Assembly (NCBI GenBank): GCA_964512375.1
Contig: CAZEIY010000001.1
Span: forward strand, 1-38,648
DNA from: an uncultured Rickettsiales bacterium
GTDB lineage: Bacteria > Myxococcota_A > UBA796 > UBA9615
DNA length: 38,648 nucleotides
Direction of reading: 5' to 3'
Shown piece by piece: positions 33,048 to 38,648 of this stretch. The first letter of the stretch is position 1. Every line of letters begins with the position of its first letter. The position numbers and the translations under genes were made by a program. Under the pieces are notes generated by a model. That model was not told the origin of the DNA. It worked only from the letters and a program-made list of their open reading frames with translations, and did no database searches.

Positions 33048-34445
33048 ATGATCGTGGTTCTTGTCATAGCGGATAGTCTGCGCGCTGATGCGTTGGGGTA
33101 CGCCGGCGGCGCTGCTCAGACCCCGACCATCGATAGGATGGCTGCTGAGGGAAGTCAGTTCCGTCATGCTATTTCGTCGGCCGCCTGGACGGTGCCCTCT
33201 CTGGTCTCGATGGCCACGGGCACCTTTCCACATCGCATCGGAGTGAGCCGTTGGCGGCATCCGTTTCCAGCTCGTCGCCCCACCTTGATGAGCTCGTTCG
33301 CAGCGGCAGGCTTCGAGGTGCACAGCGTCGTGCACAATCCCCGCTACTGCTTCGCGAACATGGGCTTCCGTGGCACCGTCAGTGACAGCGAAGACCCAGA
33401 CCAGGTGATTCGTGCGTTACGTACACCCAGAGGGTGTGATCGACTGGTGATTATTCACCACTGGTGGACGCATCTTCCGTATCGGAATGAGCCCATTCCA
33501 CGGAAGAACTGGCGAGGACTGTGCTCGGAGATCATCGGCAAGCTCGCCAGTGATCCCGAACGGGAGGTGCCACTGCAGCGGCAGCGATATGCCGATGCTA
33601 TTTCCTGGTTCGATCAACAGCTTCTTGCTCGTTATCTGGACGCTGCCAGCTCGGGCGGTGATGACGTGGTTCTCGCTCTGACCGGCGATCATGGTGAGAA
33701 CTGGGGTGAGTCACTGCCTCCAGGGCGCAAGATGGCCCACATGTACGACCTGCACGGCCGCTGGATGACCGACGAGACAACCCGCGTGCCGATGTTGTTC
33801 TGGGGAAAGGGTGCTCAAGGATCGCTGCCGGCGGGTCGGACGCTCGGTGGCTTTGCGCGCGGGGTGGATATGGCGCCGACCCTGGCCGCACTTGCTGGCG
33901 TGCCCTGGCCTGGCCCGTTGCCCGAGGGGGAGGGGCCGACTCTTGTGGAGCGCGGTATCCGTCGAGTCGAGGATCTGAAGCTCGATGGCATTTCGTTGGC
34001 TTCACCGCTACACGACAGCAGCTCTTCGCCGGTGTGTGATGCGCTGACAGTGACCAGCTACAACGCCATCGTTCCGGCGAGGTACCCCACCTCGGGGAAG
34101 CGCATGTGGCGTAGGTTTTCATTGCGAACGGAGGACCACCGCTACACCTGGGACGGTCAGGATCGATATCGGGCGGCCGTGGACATTGATGATGATTTTG
34201 AAGGGGCGCCGGCGGGGCGTCTTGCGATGCTCGGCGGACTGAAGCCCTTGATGGGTACCTGGGCGCGCTTCGCGAAGGAGCGTAAGGCGGGGTTGGGGCC
34301 AGCACCAAAGTTGCCGCCGAAGCTCTTTCCTCCCTTCGCAGATGCTGCTGTGCGAGGGGTCAAGTGGGAAGAGGATGATGGTGGCCTTGGTGGCGAAGAC
34401 GACAAGCTCGCCAACAGCATGAGCATGACGGGCTATATGGACTGA
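33048..34445 (+). CDS. Alkaline-phosphatase-superfamily (sulfatase-fold) enzyme with a Thr at the nucleophile position
   Basis: IVVLVIADSLRADALGY, TPTIDRMAAEGSQF, AAWTVPSLVSMATGTFPH (where sulfatases have C/S-x-P-x-R), LTGDHGENWGE. No TM segments. Low-complexity C-terminal tail. Confidence 0.78.
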   Translation: MIVVLVIADSLRADALGYAGGAAQTPTIDRMAAEGSQFRHAISSAAWTVPSLVSMATGTFPHRIGVSRWRHPFPARRPTLMSSFAAAGFEVHSVVHNPRYCFANMGFRGTVSDSEDPDQVIRALRTPRGCDRLVIIHHWWTHLPYRNEPIPRKNWRGLCSEIIGKLASDPEREVPLQRQRYADAISWFDQQLLARYLDAASSGGDDVVLALTGDHGENWGESLPPGRKMAHMYDLHGRWMTDETTRVPMLFWGKGAQGSLPAGRTLGGFARGVDMAPTLAALAGVPWPGPLPEGEGPTLVERGIRRVEDLKLDGISLASPLHDSSSSPVCDALTVTSYNAIVPARYPTSGKRMWRRFSLRTEDHRYTWDGQDRYRAAVDIDDDFEGAPAGRLAMLGGLKPLMGTWARFAKERKAGLGPAPKLPPKLFPPFADAAVRGVKWEEDDGGLGGEDDKLANSMSMTGYMD

Positions 34446-34516
34446 TCGCGGAAGGACTCCAGTGCGCAGGACTCGAGGGAGCGTGTCGGCGCGGCACCCG
34501 CGGTTCGAGTCGCTTC

Positions 34517-35098
34517 TCAGCCTTCGCGACAGAGTAGGAAGTAGTTCGGCGTCTCTTTGCCGTGCTTGACCGCGCGACCGATGCTCACATGCTCGGATAC
34601 ACCGCGCAGTACATCGATCATATTGCCGTACACGAGGTTCGAGATTCCCTTGTCGTTGGCCTTGAGCGGCGGTGCCCCTTCGAGGCGCTCGTTCGGGATC
34701 GAGTAGTAGTCGACGTGCAGCTCGCCCTCGCCAGGCCCCTCGCGCATCACGAAATGTCCGGGACCGATGAGGGCCATGGTCGGTCCGTGGTTGAAGCCCC
34801 AGAGCACATTTGATTCGGTGTCCGGTCGTGCGAAGCGCTTCTCGAAGTGAGAGAACACCGGCAGGCTGTTCTTGCCCAGGTGCCGTACGAACTGCCTCTC
34901 TGGCTTGGCGCTCGGTACGTAGTACTCGAAGTTCAGGGCACGCCAGCCCTGTGCGGCGGCAAACATCCGTCCTTGCTGAGAACCCGGGACCTCGCGCACT
35001 TCCTTGACGCGTTGATCTGTGTTCAAGGCATCGAGGTGAGCTGTGACGGTGGGGAGATCGATGGGGTCGTTGGCAAGCAACTCAGTCAAGCGAGGCAT
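34517..35098 (-). CDS. Hypothetical protein (193 aa)
   Basis: ATG 35098 is preceded by GGAG. No family recognised with confidence. The C-terminal LVYGNMIDVLRGVSEHVSIGRA faintly resembles DUF4334-type sequences. Confidence 0.55.
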   Translation of the reverse strand: MPRLTELLANDPIDLPTVTAHLDALNTDQRVKEVREVPGSQQGRMFAAAQGWRALNFEYYVPSAKPERQFVRHLGKNSLPVFSHFEKRFARPDTESNVLWGFNHGPTMALIGPGHFVMREGPGEGELHVDYYSIPNERLEGAPPLKANDKGISNLVYGNMIDVLRGVSEHVSIGRAVKHGKETPNYFLLCREG

Positions 35099-35184
35099 GT
35101 AGGGCTCCAATTAGAGGGGCATCGGGCGAGTGGTGTGGGGAAGTGCGCTTCCGGCACGGGAGCACACGGCAGGCATCGCGCTGG

Positions 35185-35748
35185 TCAGTCCGGCGCACCA
35201 TGTTCGTCAATCAGTGCTTTGATTGCCGAACTCACCTTGCGATCGAATGTTGTGCGGGCCTTCGTCTTCATCTTCAGCAGCAGGACCTTGCGATGTACGG
35301 CCTCGAGCTCGGGAAGATGTGTAGCGATGTCGGCGACCACCTGGCGCATCATCTTGTCGTTGCGGCAGTCCAGAGCTTTCTCGAGTAGCGCTGGGTCGGC
35401 AGGCAGGACGCCTCGCTGGTCGCAGTAGTCCTGGATAGCCGACTGTAGGGCGCTCCTATCAGAAGCATCGAGGATTGCCTTGCTCAGGGCGTCGCCCACT
35501 TTATCGCCGAACAGGTTCTCGAGGTCGCCTTTCAGCGCCTTGGCCGCTTGGGCTTCCTGGTAGCGATTGCCATCGTGCTTTGCACCGTCCACCCCTTTGC
35601 CCTGGTCGCTGTGCGGGCTCTGGTCTCGTCGTCGGTCGAGATCTCGCCAGGACATCTTCTCACCGTGCTCGGGTCGCTCGCGTCGACCGTGGCGCTGTTC
35701 GTCGCGCATTGCGTCGAACTTCTCCTCGAAATCCTTGTAGCGGGGCAT
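35185..35748 (-). CDS. Hypothetical highly charged protein (187 aa)
   Basis: ATG 35748 has GGAG 7 nt upstream. The N-terminal half is Arg/Asp/Glu/His-rich and looks disordered (MPRYKDFEEKFDAMRDEQRHGRRERPEHGEK...). The C-terminal half is helical. Confidence 0.55.
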   Translation of the reverse strand: MPRYKDFEEKFDAMRDEQRHGRRERPEHGEKMSWRDLDRRRDQSPHSDQGKGVDGAKHDGNRYQEAQAAKALKGDLENLFGDKVGDALSKAILDASDRSALQSAIQDYCDQRGVLPADPALLEKALDCRNDKMMRQVVADIATHLPELEAVHRKVLLLKMKTKARTTFDRKVSSAIKALIDEHGAPD

Positions 35749-35900
35749 GGTTTCTCCAAATGGGGTGGGCAACTCTATGCCCTTTCCTGCAGGGAAAAGT
35801 CAGGGAAAAATGAAATTCTCCAAACAATTCCTTTGCAATTTCCGCCCAGATCGATACTTTAGCTCTCGCCGGAAAACTATTTTTCACCCGGAGCCAAGCT
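35749..35900. promoter_or_regulatory. AT-rich divergent promoter region with direct repeats
   Basis: This is visibly the most AT-rich stretch of the window. AGGGAAAA occurs at 35791-35798 and 35802-35809 (11-nt period). CAATTCC at 35825-35831 is followed by CAATTTCC at 35836-35843. There is an imperfect inverted repeat TTTCCTGCAGGGAAA at 35783-35797. Confidence 0.4.
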
Positions 35901-36419
35901 ATGACTGACGCCCTCTCCATCGAGCAGAAAATTGACTACGCCGTTGCTGCAAGCGACGTTGCCGTCGAGGACCTTGACATCTTCTGTGAGTCGGAAGGTC
36001 TGCCCCTGCGATCTGTGACCGCGTGGTCGACTGCCTATGAGTTGGGCGGCAAGCTAGGCGTTCAGTCGATGGTGGTTCAGTGGCGTCCTGCAGCCCGCCG
36101 CAGCCGTGTCTGGAGTGAGGTGCTTAAGCTGCAGCTTCGCGCCTTCCGCCCGCGTCCGATGCGTGTTCGTGCCGATGGTAATCGCTTCACCGTTGAAGAG
36201 GTCAAGATGCTGACGGCCAAGTCCATCATCTACACCCCATTCTTCGAGCTTCGGGTGATTGAAGACGAGGGCAAGGAGTGCTGGTTCCTGTACTGGCGCC
36301 GTGTTGATGGGAGCTGGTGGCCCTATGCTGGCCGTGGACACTTCGACAGTATCGAAGAGGCTGTAGCTGAGGTGGTTGAAGACCCCTACCAGTGCTTCCG
36401 CTTGCACCCACTGCACTGA
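35901..36419 (+). CDS. Hypothetical protein, C-terminal DUF3024-like region
   Basis: GGAG lies 8 nt upstream of ATG 35901. The C-terminal CWFLYWRRVDGSWWPYAGRGHFDSIEEAVAEVVEDPYQCF matches my recollection of the DUF3024 pattern (W.LYW.R..g.W..Y.....s.eeal..i..DP.gcF). Confidence 0.55.
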   Translation: MTDALSIEQKIDYAVAASDVAVEDLDIFCESEGLPLRSVTAWSTAYELGGKLGVQSMVVQWRPAARRSRVWSEVLKLQLRAFRPRPMRVRADGNRFTVEEVKMLTAKSIIYTPFFELRVIEDEGKECWFLYWRRVDGSWWPYAGRGHFDSIEEAVAEVVEDPYQCFRLHPLH

Positions 36420-36445
36420 TCTTCAACCGTTCCTGACGGCACGGA

Positions 36446-37111
36446 TCACTCCAGCGGCTCGAAACCGCGAATCACTTGTAGCACCCGTCCCTGAACGACC
36501 ATCGGATCGTTGCGCCTGCGCCCACGCCGTCGATCAAGGCGCGGGTGCGGGGGGAACAGTACCTGGGTTCCATCTGGCAGAGTGCCGATCCTCTTGATGT
36601 CCGCCGTTCCGTCGATGAAGACAAGCACCGCTGGATAGCCGGCGGCCGGACCGGGGCGCACCATCAGGAGGTCCCCGTCCAGGATGCCCTCGGTCTCTAG
36701 TCGGTTGCCCCCCACCTGCAGCAGGTAATCCCCAGACTGAGCACCGCCGCCGACGCTGATTCTTCGAAAGGGAGCGCGGTGGCGGATAAGCGAGCGACCG
36801 GGCTCAATAATCCCCTTCAAAGGCAGCAGGATCGCTGCGCCCAATTCTTCCAGTCCGAGCTGTTTGTCGTCGACGAGCAGCGTTAGCCCGTGCGTCTCAC
36901 CGCTGCGTTCGAGACAGCCGCGCCGCTCGAGAGCGAGCAGATGTTGGTGAATGGTCGAGGCGGATCTGCCCAGGACATCGCCTAGCTCCCGAACGCTGGG
37001 CATTCGTCCATGTTCGGCGGACCAGCGACGGATTGTCCGGAGGAGTTCCAGTTGGCGGCCTGTGATGCGCAGGATCTTGGGGCTTTGCGAACTCACAGTT
37101 GGCTCAGGCAC
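36446..37111 (-). CDS. LexA-family repressor homologue lacking the catalytic Ser and the Ala-Gly cleavage site
   Basis: wHTH LTGRQLELLRTI...GRMPSVRELGDVLGRSASTIHQHLLALERRGCLER. The S24-like C-terminus DYLLQVGGNRLETEGILDGDLLMV...GTADIKRIG aligns to E. coli [23 protein letters not shown]...EVTVKRL. Start is GTG 37111 or GTG 37096 (GTGA overlap with the hydrolase stop). Confidence 0.78.
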   Translation of the reverse strand: MPEPTVSSQSPKILRITGRQLELLRTIRRWSAEHGRMPSVRELGDVLGRSASTIHQHLLALERRGCLERSGETHGLTLLVDDKQLGLEELGAAILLPLKGIIEPGRSLIRHRAPFRRISVGGGAQSGDYLLQVGGNRLETEGILDGDLLMVRPGPAAGYPAVLVFIDGTADIKRIGTLPDGTQVLFPPHPRLDRRRGRRRNDPMVVQGRVLQVIRGFEPLE

Positions 37112-37917
37112 CAGCCGATCATGGCGTCCTTGGCCTCATCGCTGCTCCAGAGAAGCTCAACGCCATGGATGTCACCTAGCAGGGCGTAGAGATCATTGCC
37201 TCCGCTCGTCGATGCGCTGAGGACTGTGACATCGGTCGCGCTTGGCTCATCTTCGCGTGCAAAGATCCAGCGGATATCGTGAAGAGCGAGGCGGGGGTCG
37301 ACCGCGACATCACCACCCTCAGAACCAGCACTGTCATCGTCATCTCCTGCAGAGTCGTCGTCATCTCCAAGGATCAGGGCCTGGCCAAAGGCGTTCACCT
37401 CGTCGAGACGCGGACTCACGGCTACTGCGCAGTGGGCTCTTCCCGCCCCTACCGCCGCTGCAGCGAGGCTGCCGGAGGTGCTCAGACCGATGATGGCGAT
37501 GTGCTCCATGTCGATGAAGTCACCTTCATCGCTCCGAACCTGCAGGAAGTTCAACCAGCTGGAGAGGTCTGCCGGGTATCCCGTAGGATCCAGGCGCAGG
37601 GCGTCGATGTTGTCGATGTGCTCGGACTCGCCATGGCCGCGAAGATCAGGGGCTAGTAGTGCCACGCCCTGGTCGCTGAGTGCGTACCAGATGTCGTCAA
37701 AGTCGTTGCGATTGCGGGTCTGGCCAGGCTGGTGGAGCAGGATGAAGGCGGGCTGAGGCTCTGGGCCGCGACCTTGAAGGTAAGTGCCAGATAGCGCTGT
37801 GCCATCCGGAGCGGTGTGGAAGAGCAAGCTGCCCCAGACCTCGGATTCCGAGCAGGCAGATATGGAGAGCACGATGGCGCTCAAGAGAAGGACGGGGAGT
37901 CGCTTGCTTTGGTGCAT
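37093..37917 (-). CDS. Lipoprotein alpha/beta-fold hydrolase with an inserted poly-Asp tract
   Basis: MHQSKRLPVLLLSAIVLSISAC (lipobox ISAC). FILLHQPG, APDLRGHGES, nucleophile-elbow-like IAIIGLSTSGSLA, distal GDIHG. Insert LGDDDDSAGDDDDSAGSEGGD. Confidence 0.72.
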   Translation of the reverse strand: MHQSKRLPVLLLSAIVLSISACSESEVWGSLLFHTAPDGTALSGTYLQGRGPEPQPAFILLHQPGQTRNRNDFDDIWYALSDQGVALLAPDLRGHGESEHIDNIDALRLDPTGYPADLSSWLNFLQVRSDEGDFIDMEHIAIIGLSTSGSLAAAAVGAGRAHCAVAVSPRLDEVNAFGQALILGDDDDSAGDDDDSAGSEGGDVAVDPRLALHDIRWIFAREDEPSATDVTVLSASTSGGNDLYALLGDIHGVELLWSSDEAKDAMIGWCLSQL

Positions 37918-37930
37918 AGATTCGTTCCGC

Positions 37931-37944
37931 CGCGATTGTAACGG
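37931..37944 (-). promoter_or_regulatory. Copy 3 of the conserved 14-nt motif (minus strand CCGT-TACAAT-CGCG), a putative -10 element for the hydrolase/LexA-like operon
   Basis: The plus strand reads CGCGATTGTAACGG. On the minus strand, TACAAT (37939-37934) lies 17 nt upstream of ATG 37917. Confidence 0.4.
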
Positions 37945-37961
37945 CCTGCTAGCATCGGCGC

Positions 37962-38564
37962 ATGAAAGCTTTCAACCTTCGACTTCTCTGTCCGCTTCTG
38001 TGCCTGGTTCTTGTGTTTGTGGGCTGTCCGCCAACGAATGATCGGCTCGATGACGACGACAGCGTTGACGACGATGATTCGGCGGTGGGCGATGACGACA
38101 CCAGCACCGATGATGACGATGCATCCTCTTCGTGTGACGCGCCGGCCCCTCCCTATACCTTTGAATTGGTCAGGACCGATGGCGATGGTGTGGACTCGAC
38201 TGAGTCCCTCGATTTCGATGGACTGGTCTGCACTGACTACAACGGTGATGAGTGGTCGATCAGCTACAGCAACGCCTCAGGGTGGCAACTGAGAGTGGTT
38301 GCTGGGCCGCTGGTCGAGGGAGAGACGCTCGACGGCGATACCAGCTCGTCCAAGATTGACATCACCTTGCAGAACAACTCGTTGCAGGCGGTCTATTCGG
38401 GGCGCCTCTCGATGGGACATCCCAGCAGCATCGAAGTGCAGCGCTATCAGGGTCCGGCGGGACCTTGCGGGTGGCTGAGTACTGAGCCTCTACAGGCCCC
38501 TAGTGCGGGCGGAGGCAGTGTGACGGTCGGTCCACAGCCGATTCCGTTCAACTGTCCGAACTAG
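37962..38564 (+). CDS. Lipoprotein with N-terminal poly-Asp linker, hypothetical
   Basis: MKAFNLRLLCPLLCLVLVFVGC, followed by PPTNDRLDDDDSVDDDDSAVGDDDTSTDDDDASSSC and then a ~140-aa beta-rich domain. Confidence 0.65.
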   Translation: MKAFNLRLLCPLLCLVLVFVGCPPTNDRLDDDDSVDDDDSAVGDDDTSTDDDDASSSCDAPAPPYTFELVRTDGDGVDSTESLDFDGLVCTDYNGDEWSISYSNASGWQLRVVAGPLVEGETLDGDTSSSKIDITLQNNSLQAVYSGRLSMGHPSSIEVQRYQGPAGPCGWLSTEPLQAPSAGGGSVTVGPQPIPFNCPN

Positions 38565-38648
38565 GGGTTCCGAGACCGGAGGCGGCGCGCGCTGCTTCCT
38601 GTACGCCGCGGGCCAGCACCGACCGCAAGCGACCATCTTCCAGCGACA

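Noticed and set aside
34446-34516. A tRNA-like T-loop string GGTTCGAGTC (34502-34511) in a 71-nt convergent intergenic gap, preceded by a CGCGG-CAC-CCGCG hairpin.
   Set aside because: The flanks cannot form a T-stem (CGCGG versus CGCTT), an acceptor stem or an anticodon arm. The hairpin is short and lacks a U-tract. I do not call a tRNA or an intrinsic terminator here.
38545-38648. A possible 3' end of a minus-strand gene entering from the right edge (frame reading ...LEDGRLRSVLARGVQEAARAASGLGTPSSDS*).
   Set aside because: Only ~30 codons are visible, and two frames are open. The candidate would overlap the lipoprotein gene's 3' end. This is too little sequence to call.

Overview
This is a GC-rich bacterial chromosomal window (GC judged by eye, not computed) that is densely coding. 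I call about 35 CDS. I found no rRNA, tRNA, CRISPR array, transposase or integrase. FHA-domain fusions, an FG-GAP/ASPIC protein, Cys/Asp-rich metal-binding-like motifs and poly-Asp lipoproteins suggest a Myxococcota/Bradymonadia-like deltaproteobacterial lineage, but that is low-confidence inference. All domain calls come from motifs read in the supplied translations; no HMM or BLAST search was run.

Layout:
- 1-14.7 kb: an envelope glycoconjugate neighbourhood. It holds galE, three large polytopic membrane proteins (two GT-C-like), an SGNH hydrolase, and a compact divergent cassette of SAM-methyltransferase + ArnT/PMT-like GT-C on one strand and GT2 + YdjC-family deacetylase on the other.
- 14.8-20.5 kb: a TRAP transporter. 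The Tat/lipobox binding-protein gene is separated from dctQM by an HExxH protein. dctQ carries a ~180-aa N-terminal extension and is start/stop-overlapped with a class IV aminotransferase.
- 20.5-25.5 kb: tightly packed minus-strand housekeeping genes (HAD, aat, ttcA, Nudix, rlmI, a small membrane protein, GNAT).
- 25.5-32.5 kb: a P-loop-less STAND-like/TPR protein, divergent from an operon of lipoprotein, PPC-like secreted protein and a 1000-aa Zn-ribbon-FHA-FHA-ABCG exporter.
- 32.5-38.6 kb: an accessory-looking stretch with SRPBCC, a Thr-nucleophile sulfatase-fold enzyme, three uncharacterised small proteins around an AT-rich repeat-bearing promoter, a lipoprotein alpha/beta-hydrolase coupled to a LexA-like repressor, and a poly-Asp lipoprotein.

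Best candidates for something new:
1. The methyltransferase-augmented Lgm/Flm-NaxD-like lipid-carrier aminosugar cassette.
2. The FHA-gated ABCG operon.
3. The LexA-like repressor, which lacks both the catalytic Ser and the Ala-Gly cleavage site.
4. A 14-nt motif, CCGyTAsAATCGCG on the minus strand, found three times. Each copy sits 7-17 nt upstream of a minus-strand start codon.
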